From the NCBI GenBank assembly GCA_964500725.1, contig CAZCNP010000004.1, positions 12,139 to 76,138 of the forward strand: a DNA stretch of 64,000 bases, read 5' to 3'. A model generated the notes under the pieces. It searched no databases and was not told the origin of the DNA. It worked only from the letters and a program-made list of their open reading frames with translations. Origin of the DNA: an uncultured Gammaproteobacteria bacterium. Lineage in GTDB: Bacteria > Patescibacteriota > Microgenomatia > Daviesbacterales > UBA10151. Position 1 is the stretch's first letter. Each line of letters opens with the position of its first letter. Both the position numbers and the translations under genes were made by a program. Shown in pieces: positions 1 through 8,635 of this stretch.

Positions 1-642
1 GCCCTACTTTCTTTTCTAAAAATTAAATGGGATTTAAACTTGATAAATAATTTAGCCTATGAAGCAGAAAGAGTTTTCCATGGCAACCCCTCTGGTGGAG
101 ATAACTCAACTGTTGTTTTCGGAGGATTAATTTGGTTTAGAAAAGAAGATCCAAGTTTGAAATTAATTCAACCTTTGCAACTTACTATTCCCACCCAGTT
201 AGCTAAAAATTTTGTCTTAATCAACACAGGAACTCCAAAAGAAACTACTTTAGAAATGGTAACCTTAGTAAAAAATCTTTATAAAAAAAGACCAAATCTA
301 GTTGAAAAGTTCCTGACAAATCAGGAAAGCCTGGTAAGACAATTGTTAAATGTTATTAAAGAATGTAATGAGAAAGAATTTATTAAAATTATTAAAGCTG
401 GTGAACAGAATTTAGAAAGTATTGGTGTAGTTTCTCCTCTAGTTAAACCAATTATTAGAAAAATAGAACAAGCTGGTGGAGCTGCTAAAATCTGTGGGGC
501 TGGAGGCAAAACTGGCCCAACAGGAATACTACTTGCATACCATCAAGACAAAAGTAAATTAGAAAATATAGCCAAATCCTTTAACCTTTCCTTTTTCAGC
601 ACTGCTTTAGGAGTAGAAGGCATTGACAAAATGTACATTTAA
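1..642 (+). CDS. GHMP kinase family protein, C-terminal part (phosphomevalonate kinase-like); 5' end lies outside the window
   Basis: The reading frame is open back to position 1. The C-terminal glycine-rich motif KICGAGGKTGPTG is typical of GHMP kinases. The gene sits immediately upstream of mvk and mvaD. Confidence 0.5.
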   Translation, partial: ALLSFLKIKWDLNLINNLAYEAERVFHGNPSGGDNSTVVFGGLIWFRKEDPSLKLIQPLQLTIPTQLAKNFVLINTGTPKETTLEMVTLVKNLYKKRPNLVEKFLTNQESLVRQLLNVIKECNEKEFIKIIKAGEQNLESIGVVSPLVKPIIRKIEQAGGAAKICGAGGKTGPTGILLAYHQDKSKLENIAKSFNLSFFSTALGVEGIDKMYI

Positions 643-657
643 ATATACAATTAAAAT

Positions 658-921
658 ATGCTGTACATTACTACTACGGAGCTTAGAACTAAATCAAAAA
701 AACTAGTAGAAACTCTCAAGGAAGGTCGTTCTGTAAATTTAGTTCACAGGTCCAAGGTGGTGGGTGAAATTAAACCTAAAATTTATGATCCAAAACCATT
801 TAATGCAAAGAGGGTTTTAAAAATCATTGATAAGCTTAATCTTCCCAAGCTTACTCCCAGACAAATAGAAGCAAGATACAGGGCAGCTATGATGAAAAAA
901 CATGGCAAGAGTCTTTCTTGA
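658..921 (+). CDS. type II antitoxin (Phd/VapB-like)
   Basis: An 87-aa protein whose stop overlaps the start of the downstream PIN toxin. This is the typical antitoxin-toxin arrangement. Confidence 0.55.
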   Translation: MLYITTTELRTKSKKLVETLKEGRSVNLVHRSKVVGEIKPKIYDPKPFNAKRVLKIIDKLNLPKLTPRQIEARYRAAMMKKHGKSLS

Positions 922-1264
922 TACCAATTTTTATATTGATATAACTAAAAGAGCCAAGGAGAAATGGAGCTCTTTAGGGAAAAATTTACTGTTTATATCC
1001 CCTCTATCCACTCATATTCTATTTTATGCCCGCAAGCTAAAAGTTCCTGATCAAGAAATAAATGAACTTCAAGAAGAGTTTGGTATGGTACCCTTCACAA
1101 AATATATCCTTGAGAAAGCTTTAGAAGGTCCAACTAACGATTTAGAAGATAACATCCAGCTTCACTCTGCAGCAGAGGCTGATTGTGATGTCTTTTTAAC
1201 TGCTGATGCTAAACTGCTAAAAATGAGATTCTTTGGCAAGACTGAAATTAAATCTACCCTGTAA
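902..1264 (+). CDS. vapC: PIN-domain toxin VapC
   Basis: The N-terminus reads ARVFLDTNFYID with the conserved acidic residues, and TADAKLL near the C-terminus. The protein is 120 aa. Confidence 0.7.
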   Translation: MARVFLDTNFYIDITKRAKEKWSSLGKNLLFISPLSTHILFYARKLKVPDQEINELQEEFGMVPFTKYILEKALEGPTNDLEDNIQLHSAAEADCDVFLTADAKLLKMRFFGKTEIKSTL

Positions 1265-1316
1265 AATTTGTAATAATTTGCGCTAAAAGTTATAATTACC
1301 CTCAATGCCCAACTAA

Positions 1317-1703
1317 ATGAATAGGATTGAAGCTTCTGTAGAAAGATTCAAAAGCATCGCCAGGCTTACTGCAAACTCGCTAGTAGAGCCTCTGAGAAGT
1401 TCTGTTGTTTTATTTCATCTCGCTGGTTTAAAGACAGCTACTTATCCTTGGGTTCTACCAATTTCTGCCTCAGCAATTAGTTTTGCATTAACAAAGAATA
1501 CTACTCTATCTTTAGCACTTGGTGGTGGAGTATATATAGCAGAAGGCTTTGCTATAACAGCAGCAAATGAAGCTATCTTCAATAGAGCATCTTGTAAAAC
1601 TGTACAAATGAGGCAAGGAGCAAAAACAATAAGCCCCGAAGAACTGGCCAAACTTCTCACAGATGATAGCAAACCTAATAATGAAACTTATGAAGATCCA
1701 TAA
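1317..1703 (+). CDS. hypothetical protein
   Basis: A 128-aa ORF in the gap before mvk with no recognisable motif. Confidence 0.3.
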   Translation: MNRIEASVERFKSIARLTANSLVEPLRSSVVLFHLAGLKTATYPWVLPISASAISFALTKNTTLSLALGGGVYIAEGFAITAANEAIFNRASCKTVQMRQGAKTISPEELAKLLTDDSKPNNETYEDP

Positions 1704-1748
1704 AAGCATGTCTTTACAATTATTCAAAAGAAGGTAAAATCTTATAAG

Positions 1749-2738
1749 ATGAACAAGGTTACAGTTTCAGCACCAGGAAAATTAATGCTTTTGGGAGAAC
1801 ATGCTGTTGTGTATGGACAGCCATGCCTGGTAACTGCTGTGGGACAAAGAATGAAAGCAACAGTAGAGCTAACTGAGGAGGCTACTTTTCAGCTTGAAGC
1901 TCCTGATGTTAAAATTGAAGGCTACAGCAAGCCTATGTCCCAATTAGCCCAGGGTGATATTCCCAAAGGAGCAAAATTTGTAGAAATTGCTGTTAAAAAT
2001 TTTTCTGAAAAACACCCAATTGAAGGTGGTGTAAAGGTTAACACAGTCTCTGAATTTTCTTCTCAATTTGGATTTGGCTCCTCCTCTGCTTCTACTGTTT
2101 GTGTTATTAAAGCTCTCTCAGAAATTACTGGAGCAAATCTAGATAACAAATCAATTTTTGAATTGGCTTTTAAAACTGTGATAGATATTCAAGGCAAAGG
2201 CTCTGGATTTGATGTAGCTGCAGCTACATATGGAGGAACTCTATATTTTGTCATAGGAGGAAAAGTAATAGAACCTCTTCATATTGGCTCACTTCCCTTA
2301 ATTGTAGGTTATACAGGCATTAAATTTGATACTGTAGCTTTGATAAATGAAGTAGCCAAAAAGGCAGTAAAGTATCCTGAAGTTATAGATAATATTTATC
2401 AACAAATAGGAAGGTTGGTAGAAAAAGCTAAACAAACAGTATTGAACAAAGATTGGGCTACTTTAGGAGAGCTCATGGACTTTAACGAAGGTTACCTTGC
2501 TTCCCTAGGAGTAGAAAGTAATAAACTGGCTGCCATGATTTATGGAGCCAGAGAGGCTGGAGCTTATGGGAGTAAACTATCTGGAGCAGGTATTGGAGAT
2601 TGTATGATTTCCCTAGCTTCAGAAGATAGAACCCAAGCTGTTAAAGATGGAATAACTGCTGCCGATGGCCAAGTAATTGATATTGAAGCCAATGTAGAAG
2701 GAGTAAGAATCGAACATGGCGTCAAAGGAATGATTTAA
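1749..2738 (+). CDS. mvk: mevalonate kinase
   Basis: The N-terminal motif APGKLMLLGEHAVVYG is the mevalonate kinase signature. It also carries the GHMP motif GFGSSSAS and the C-terminal SKLSGAGIGDC. Confidence 0.85.
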   Translation: MNKVTVSAPGKLMLLGEHAVVYGQPCLVTAVGQRMKATVELTEEATFQLEAPDVKIEGYSKPMSQLAQGDIPKGAKFVEIAVKNFSEKHPIEGGVKVNTVSEFSSQFGFGSSSASTVCVIKALSEITGANLDNKSIFELAFKTVIDIQGKGSGFDVAAATYGGTLYFVIGGKVIEPLHIGSLPLIVGYTGIKFDTVALINEVAKKAVKYPEVIDNIYQQIGRLVEKAKQTVLNKDWATLGELMDFNEGYLASLGVESNKLAAMIYGAREAGAYGSKLSGAGIGDCMISLASEDRTQAVKDGITAADGQVIDIEANVEGVRIEHGVKGMI

Positions 2739-3154
2739 GGTAGCGTTTTGATGCCTACTTTTTTGAAATCTGAATCCAAACTGATAATGGAATCTATATT
2801 AAACCTTTTCATTAAAACTATAGTGGTAGCATCTGTTAGAGACAATTTATGCTCTGCGAACTTTTCTAAAGTTTCAAAAGCTTCAGCTTGAACCTGTTCA
2901 TCGACCCAAAGTTGGACTAAATTATTTTTTGCGATGCTATCTTTTATTAGATTGATAAACTGCTCTGTTATTTTGATATTAGTATCATAAATAAATCTGG
3001 TGACTGTTTCATCTATGACATCGTTTGAGGTACAAATTACTACACCATCTTTAATAAATCGTTTGATTAGGTTCTTAATATTTATATGTCTGGGTTGATC
3101 TGATCCTAAATATGAAATCCATGCTGAAGTATCCACAAAAATCTTACTGGCCAT
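2735..3154 (-). CDS. vapC: PIN-domain toxin VapC
   Basis: The N-terminus reads KIFVDTSAWISY and there is a C-terminal SLDSDF motif. The protein is 139 aa. Confidence 0.8.
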   Translation of the reverse strand: MASKIFVDTSAWISYLGSDQPRHINIKNLIKRFIKDGVVICTSNDVIDETVTRFIYDTNIKITEQFINLIKDSIAKNNLVQLWVDEQVQAEAFETLEKFAEHKLSLTDATTIVLMKRFNIDSIISLDSDFKKVGIKTLP

Positions 3155-3157
3155 GAG

Positions 3158-3409
3158 TTAATCTTTTAAATAAATTTCATCAATATTTTCAGCAATATTT
3201 TTACCAAACTTCGCGAAACCAGCCATCTTTAATAAAGGATTATTCTTAGCTCTGGTTTTGGCAAGCGCTTTAAGTAATTTAGAATATTGATCAGAGACTC
3301 TCTCTACAACATCCCTGATTATTTGTGAGCGGGACATACCAAGTTCTTTGGCCAAATCAGCCAGGGTGGAAACTGTATTGGGTTTTAAGTAAATCTGATA
3401 TCTTTGCAT
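3158..3409 (-). CDS. ribbon-helix-helix (CopG/VapB-type) antitoxin
   Basis: An 83-aa protein immediately upstream of the PIN gene on the same strand. The N-terminus YQIYLKPNTVSTLADLAKELGMSRSQIIRDVV looks like an RHH fold. Confidence 0.55.
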   Translation of the reverse strand: MQRYQIYLKPNTVSTLADLAKELGMSRSQIIRDVVERVSDQYSKLLKALAKTRAKNNPLLKMAGFAKFGKNIAENIDEIYLKD

Positions 3410-3473
3410 ATATACACCATATCATGAGTGGTGTATATTGTCAAGAGCCATAAGTTGAGCTATCATTGATCAC

Positions 3474-4454
3474 ATGAAAGCAACAGCCATTGGACCATCA
3501 GATATAGCACTAACCAAATACTGGGGCAGAAAAGATGAGGTCTTAAGACTACCTGAGAATGGTTCTATTTCCATGGTTTTAAGCAATCTTTTAACCACCA
3601 CCACAGTAGAGTTTTCCCCAGAATATAAAAAAGACCAAATTACTATAAATGGTGGAGGCTTGGAAGAGGGAGAAGCAGAAAGGGTTATTAAACATTTGGA
3701 CAGAATCAGAAAAATAGCCAAAATTGACTTAAAAGCTAAAGTAGTTTCCAAAAACAACTTTCCTATTGGCACAGGCCTGTCTTCTTCTGCTTCTGGCTTT
3801 GCTGCTTTAACTGTAGCTGCAAGCAGCGCAGCAGGTTTAAATTTATCAGAAAAAGAGTTATCAATTCTTTCTAGACAGGCCTCTGGATCCTCTTGTCGGC
3901 CTATTGCTGGGGGTTTTGTAGAGTGGCTGGATGGAAATACTTCCAATACTTCTTATGCCAAAACAATATTCCCTAAAAACTGGTGGAATATTGCAGATGT
4001 TGTAGCTGTTGTTTCTGAAGGCAGAAAAGAAGTACCTACTTCCACAGGTCATGCAAAAGCTCAATCCTCTCCTTTTCTAAAACTTAGGTTATCCAGAATG
4101 AAAGAAAAAAATAGATTAGTTAAAAAATATATTAAAGAAAGGGACTTTAAAGCTTTGGGAGAGTTAATAGAACAAGAAGCTTTAGAGCTGCATACCATCA
4201 TGCTAACCCAATACCCTCCTTTAATTTATTGGACTCCTGGAACTTTAACTATTATGAAATTAGTCTCACACTGGAGAGCAGAAGGAATTCCAGTTTACTT
4301 TACTATCAATACTGGTCAAAATATTCATCTTTTAACAGAGCAAAAAAATGTAGAAAAAGTTAAAGACAAACTTAAAAAGTTAGATTTTGTCAAAAATATT
4401 ATAGTAAATACTGCAGGCGAAGGAACCAGACTTTCTAAAGAACATTTATTTTAA
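3474..4454 (+). CDS. mvaD: diphosphomevalonate decarboxylase
   Basis: The motif IALTKYWGRKD matches the mevalonate decarboxylase consensus (IALIKYWGKRD-type). It carries the GHMP motif GLSSSASGFAAL and is 326 aa. Confidence 0.85.
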   Translation: MKATAIGPSDIALTKYWGRKDEVLRLPENGSISMVLSNLLTTTTVEFSPEYKKDQITINGGGLEEGEAERVIKHLDRIRKIAKIDLKAKVVSKNNFPIGTGLSSSASGFAALTVAASSAAGLNLSEKELSILSRQASGSSCRPIAGGFVEWLDGNTSNTSYAKTIFPKNWWNIADVVAVVSEGRKEVPTSTGHAKAQSSPFLKLRLSRMKEKNRLVKKYIKERDFKALGELIEQEALELHTIMLTQYPPLIYWTPGTLTIMKLVSHWRAEGIPVYFTINTGQNIHLLTEQKNVEKVKDKLKKLDFVKNIIVNTAGEGTRLSKEHLF

Positions 4455-4459
4455 GGTTA

Positions 4460-4700
4460 ATCTATAAAGCTATCAACACTAGGGAATCTTATCCTGCTTA
4501 GTAAACTTGCTCTTTCTATAGGGTCAGGCACATTTAAGAGGACAGGCTGCTGATCACCTGTCCTGGTAGAACGGAGAACACTAGCTCCTGAAACTACCTC
4601 CACTGTAGGCTCCTCACGGGATACTACCGCTTGGTCGTCACGAACTATCCTAAACTGTCCTTCACCTAGACTTTCTGTGCGTATTCCCATAGGTGTAAGA
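4460..4700. ncRNA. candidate structured non-coding RNA (unclassified); GC-rich island in a convergent intergenic gap
   Basis: GC content is locally much higher than the flanking sequence. There is an 8-bp hairpin aggacagg/cctgtcct plus several smaller hairpins. The 5' end (cactagggaat) and the 3' end (attcccatag) can pair into a closing helix. Confidence 0.3.
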
Positions 4701-4732
4701 AATGTACCTATATCAGGAATACTAAATTCCGC

Positions 4733-5254
4733 TTATCTTGTCAATAACTCAGCTGCTTCTCGTGCCCAAGGAGTATAATTTTGGGGGTTTTTGGCAATAT
4801 CTGCTAAAAAATCTCCTCTTTTTATCCATTTATACTCATAGCCTATATTTTGATCCAAATTAACTCCTCCATCATACTCACCAACTATAAGGTAACAGTG
4901 CTCATTCTCGCAAAGCTTCCCATATTGGGCAAAATAATTAAATACTCCCACTCTTTTTAAATTCTCAACTTTATCAATTTCCCATTCTTCTTGCAAGCAT
5001 CTTAAAGTTGCCTCTTCTATAGTCTCATCTGAACTATCAGACTTATGCAGAGGATGGGTAGCAGCTGTTAAATCCCAAATATTATCAAATATTTTATGTT
5101 TTCTTTTTTGCAGCAGCACTTCTCCTTTAGAATTATACAGAAGCGCAGCGATTGCCAGATGACGCTGACCTTTCCCTGTATGCCCTTTTTCTTTAAGAAT
5201 ATATTCTAAAAACTTTCCATTATCATCACAAGCTAAAATTATTTGTTTATTCAT
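4733..5254 (-). CDS. idi: probable isopentenyl-diphosphate delta-isomerase (type 1, Nudix family)
   Basis: A Nudix-box-like segment ETIEEATLRCLQEEWEI is present, with a conserved His/Cys/Glu pattern. The gene is next to the mevalonate genes. Confidence 0.55.
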   Translation of the reverse strand: MNKQIILACDDNGKFLEYILKEKGHTGKGQRHLAIAALLYNSKGEVLLQKRKHKIFDNIWDLTAATHPLHKSDSSDETIEEATLRCLQEEWEIDKVENLKRVGVFNYFAQYGKLCENEHCYLIVGEYDGGVNLDQNIGYEYKWIKRGDFLADIAKNPQNYTPWAREAAELLTR

Positions 5255-5267
5255 AAAAAATTTATTC

Positions 5268-6053
5268 TTAATGAGAAAATCCTAACAGCTGAAGAGATGT
5301 TACTGCCAGCCAAATTACCAAAACACCCAACAGCAGAAGTATCGTCTCAAGAAGCGCTACTGCTCTTTTATCTTCATTATGAATTTCTGGTATTAAATCT
5401 GATGCTGCTATATAGATAAAAAACCCAGCAGACAAAGATAGTAAAATAGGCAAAAACACCTCAATTGATTCTCCCACAAGATATGTAAGCAAAGCTCCAA
5501 CTAAGGCTGCCAGGGCACTTAAGAAATTTACCAGTAAAACTTTACTTCTTTTTATACCCCGATGAAGCAATATGCCAAAATCCCCTATTTCTTGAGGTAT
5601 TTCATGAGCTGCCACAGCCAAGGTGGTAACTATACCTAAAGGAATACTTACCAAAAAAGTGGCTGCAATTACTACTCCGTCAATAAAGTTATGCACACTA
5701 TCCCCTAAAATCACCAAAGGCACAATAGATTTGGCCTCTTTTTTTAATTCTGCAGAGGTATGACCATGATGGTGATGAAACCAGTGAATAAATCTTTCAA
5801 GTAAAAAGAAGGATAAAATGCCTATAAGCGTCCAGAGAAAAATATTAGTTCCTCCAAACTCCTCCGCATGTTCTTGCGCTTCGGGAAGCAAATCAAAAAA
5901 AGCTGTTCCAAGCAAAGCTCCAGCTGCAAACGAAGCAAGGTAATGAGATATTCTAATTGCCAGCTTTTCTCTTGCCAGCAATAGCACCCCTCCTACTAAA
6001 GCCACTACACTGCCAAGCAGGGTAAAAATTACAATATATGCCAAAACACTCAT
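5268..6053 (-). CDS. zupT: ZIP family zinc transporter
   Basis: A polytopic membrane protein with the ZIP motifs HNFIDG and HEIPQEIGDFG and a His-rich loop HHHHGH. Confidence 0.8.
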   Translation of the reverse strand: MSVLAYIVIFTLLGSVVALVGGVLLLAREKLAIRISHYLASFAAGALLGTAFFDLLPEAQEHAEEFGGTNIFLWTLIGILSFFLLERFIHWFHHHHGHTSAELKKEAKSIVPLVILGDSVHNFIDGVVIAATFLVSIPLGIVTTLAVAAHEIPQEIGDFGILLHRGIKRSKVLLVNFLSALAALVGALLTYLVGESIEVFLPILLSLSAGFFIYIAASDLIPEIHNEDKRAVALLETILLLLGVLVIWLAVTSLQLLGFSH

Positions 6054-6094
6054 TTCCCCATTCTAATTATAAATGAATTACTTGTCAAAGGAAA

Positions 6095-6847
6095 CTATTT
6101 TAAAAGAGGGTCTATAATTGCTTGAAAAGCAGAGTAAGGCTGAGCCCCAACTATAATTTGACCTGTGAAAGTACCCGAAGGATCAGATTTGCCAATGAAA
6201 AAAGATGGTGTCCCAGAAACTCCTGCTGTGCTACCATCAGAAGTATCCTTTTTAATCTCCTCTGCATATTTTGAAGAATCTGCGCAAGTTTTTAGAGTTG
6301 TTTGATTAATACCCTCCTCAGCAGCCAACTGGTAAACTTCGTCTTTGGTTAAACCATTTCCGTTAGATTTGGTTTTGGTAAATATGGCATCATGAAAGCT
6401 AAAGTAAGCGCTATCTCCCCCTTGTTCCCTGGCACAATTTGCTGCATTTGCTTCAAAAGTAGCCATGGGTTCATGAAAAGGCAAAGGATAATCCCTAAAA
6501 ACCATTTTAACTTTGCCTGTATCTATATAGTCTTTTTTCAACACAGGATAAACTTGATCAAAGTGTCTTTTACAAAAAGGGCACTCATAATCTGAAAATT
6601 CTACCAAAGTTACTGGAGCATCTTTATCTCCTATAACAGGGTCATCATCAACTGATATTTTAGCTGAGGTAGGTTGTGGGGCTTCCTGTTGAGGAAGGGC
6701 TGAAGCTGCAGGAACATTAGCTTGGGTACCTGCTGTCTTAGAACCTAATTTTATAATTCCTCCATGCATTAATATAGATACAGAAATTACAAAAGAACCT
6801 AGTAAAATTGCCACAGGGGTCGTTAAAAAGGAGCTTGATTTATCCAT
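6095..6847 (-). CDS. DsbA-family thiol:disulfide oxidoreductase (thioredoxin fold), membrane-anchored
   Basis: An N-terminal transmembrane segment is followed by the thioredoxin active site CPFC in the context EFSDYECPFCKR. Confidence 0.75.
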   Translation of the reverse strand: MDKSSSFLTTPVAILLGSFVISVSILMHGGIIKLGSKTAGTQANVPAASALPQQEAPQPTSAKISVDDDPVIGDKDAPVTLVEFSDYECPFCKRHFDQVYPVLKKDYIDTGKVKMVFRDYPLPFHEPMATFEANAANCAREQGGDSAYFSFHDAIFTKTKSNGNGLTKDEVYQLAAEEGINQTTLKTCADSSKYAEEIKKDTSDGSTAGVSGTPSFFIGKSDPSGTFTGQIIVGAQPYSAFQAIIDPLLK

Positions 6848-6917
6848 CGATATCTTAGTTTAAAAGAAGTAATATTTTATGTCAATGCACAGATACAAAT
6901 CTACGATTATTGTCTAT

Positions 6918-7181
6918 TTAGTCACTTAATCGTCTAGCAAGATCCTTAAAATCAATAATAGCGCCTTGCTGTTGTAATGATCCACCAAGTCTATCATCAC
7001 ATTTATTACATATAATTACTCCATCCGGACAAATCTCTTGAGCTTTTGTAGTATCGCGCAACACATCAACCACTTGTTCTGCAGTTAAAGACCTTTCTTG
7101 AACCACCTCACCTGCTAGTCCACTACTTTGACGACATACCCATGTGTGGGAAACTGGTGGTAAACATTTTTCTTTACCCAT
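6918..7181 (-). CDS. hypothetical small Cys-containing protein
   Basis: An 87-aa protein with five cysteines including CNKC. GC content is higher than in the surroundings. Confidence 0.3.
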   Translation of the reverse strand: MGKEKCLPPVSHTWVCRQSSGLAGEVVQERSLTAEQVVDVLRDTTKAQEICPDGVIICNKCDDRLGGSLQQQGAIIDFKDLARRLSD

Positions 7182-7217
7182 AAATATTGATATACTAAAT
7201 TATACTATAAAAGCGCT

Positions 7218-8042
7218 ATGGAAGCATCTTTGCAGTTACCAACTGAGCTTCGAGAAGCATTAACTTCTAGTCCAGTTTTGAGAATAGAAGCTAACGGTTA
7301 TAGAACAAGAGAAATTGTTCCTGTTAGAACCAATGACAAACTGGCTGATTGGCATTCTCTTAAAGGTGAAATTAACGTGGAAAAGGGTCCCCAGAGACAT
7401 TCAACTGATCCAAGTTTTGAAGTACTTTTTGACCCACTGACCCAACGATGGCTCAAGATAGCTCCTCCACATGCTCATCATTTTAATACCTATGTCCACA
7501 AACTCCAACTCAGCTCTCGTATCGGCCGTATTGCCTTGGATATCGCTGGTCTTCCAGATTTAGCAAATCAATTTGAAGATGCTAAAGTTGAAATTCGAGG
7601 AAGAGAAACATTTGGGTTTATATCACCTCATATTGGTCCTTCTTTAGAATATCTGCTTAAAACCTTAAAATCAGGCTCCTCAAAACCTACAGAAGCAAAA
7701 CAATTCTTGACGGCAGTCTATACTCAAGCTTTTTGGCAGGCACTCCGGCTTTATTTAGGTTATGGATTTTGGACTTATGATCCTAATCCAGGTAATATTC
7801 TTATTCGTAATGGTGATAATAAATTATTTATAGCTCCAATAGATTTTTCAAGTCCCGGGCAAGCTAAGGAAAATAAATTCAGCCAAGTGCCCATTATAGA
7901 CCGTAGGAGGCAATACCTACAAAAAAACCTCGATAACCTATACCACATTTTTAATAAGCAATGCGGTATAAATGGAATACCTTCCTTTAGTTACCCAGCC
8001 CAGCAGATAGGCGAGCTTATTGAAATTCAACTTTTATCTTAA
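7218..8042 (+). CDS. hypothetical protein with protein-kinase-like motifs
   Basis: The segment DPNPGNILI resembles a kinase catalytic loop, and a downstream IAPIDFSS resembles a DFG-like segment. GC content is higher than average. The assignment is weak. Confidence 0.4.
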   Translation: MEASLQLPTELREALTSSPVLRIEANGYRTREIVPVRTNDKLADWHSLKGEINVEKGPQRHSTDPSFEVLFDPLTQRWLKIAPPHAHHFNTYVHKLQLSSRIGRIALDIAGLPDLANQFEDAKVEIRGRETFGFISPHIGPSLEYLLKTLKSGSSKPTEAKQFLTAVYTQAFWQALRLYLGYGFWTYDPNPGNILIRNGDNKLFIAPIDFSSPGQAKENKFSQVPIIDRRRQYLQKNLDNLYHIFNKQCGINGIPSFSYPAQQIGELIEIQLLS

Positions 8043-8046
8043 ATTA

Positions 8047-8631
8047 TTAGTTAAACTGGTTCTGAGCTGACTCTATTCCCTGATCAAATAATATCTCTAT
8101 TACTTGTATTCCCTGTTTGATCATTTGTTTTACCTCAGATTTTTCCTTTGGTAAGAATTTCTCCAACACAAACTTTTCTGCAGAAAAAGAAATTCTTTTA
8201 TGTTCACCACTGTGAGATTTTTCATTACCTATCCCCAATCGCACCCTAATAAATTGGTCTGTTCCCAAAGAATTAATAATTGACTCCACCCCATGATGCC
8301 CTGCCCCACTGCCTCCTAACCTTACTTTAATCTTCCCTAAAGGTAAATCCAAATCATCATGAACAATTATTACATCCTCAGGAGGAATTTTATAGAAATT
8401 AACAATAGCAGCAACTGCAACTCCAGACTCATTCATATAAGTTTGAGGTCTTGCCAGAATTAAATCATTACCAACTTTTATCATCTCTGCCTTAAATTTA
8501 GCCTCAAAATCCCAATCTTCCAGATTATTTTTCCTTCTAAATTCCTCCAAAAGCTCAAATCCAAAATTATGCCTGGTATTTTTATACTTATCACCAGGAT
8601 TACCCAGCCCAACAATGAGAATCTTTTTCAT
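8047..8631 (-). CDS. pth: peptidyl-tRNA hydrolase
   Basis: The N-terminal motif LIVGLGNPGDKYKNTRHNFGF is the Pth signature. Confidence 0.9.
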   Translation of the reverse strand: MKKILIVGLGNPGDKYKNTRHNFGFELLEEFRRKNNLEDWDFEAKFKAEMIKVGNDLILARPQTYMNESGVAVAAIVNFYKIPPEDVIIVHDDLDLPLGKIKVRLGGSGAGHHGVESIINSLGTDQFIRVRLGIGNEKSHSGEHKRISFSAEKFVLEKFLPKEKSEVKQMIKQGIQVIEILFDQGIESAQNQFN

Positions 8632-8635
8632 TACT

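Noticed and set aside
3470-3946. 158-aa minus-strand ORF overlapping mvaD
   Set aside because: It lies entirely inside the well-supported mvaD reading frame on the opposite strand and has no motif, so it is spurious. The same applies to 321..509, 1442..1727, 9108..9344, 9631..10041, 11135..11539, 11907..13122, 16133..19851, 26273..26992, 46014..47279, 52458..52859, 53297..53539, 62065..63561 and similar antisense ORFs.
4457-4690. 77-aa minus-strand ORF (MGIRTESLGEGQFRIVRDD...) inside the GC-rich island
   Set aside because: The sequence has low-complexity, RNA-like composition and no protein motif. The region is better explained as a structured RNA, so I kept it only as an ncRNA candidate.
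4460-4700. Assignment of the GC-rich RNA candidate to RNase P, SRP (4.5S) or tmRNA
   Set aside because: I could not find the P4 pairing GGAAAGUCCGG/CCGGCUUA, the SRP domain IV AGGUC-GGAA-AGCAGC with a GNRA loop, or the tmRNA tRNA-like ends. There is only a partial CCAGG.CAGGU...AGCAGCC resemblance to SRP. The class is left open.
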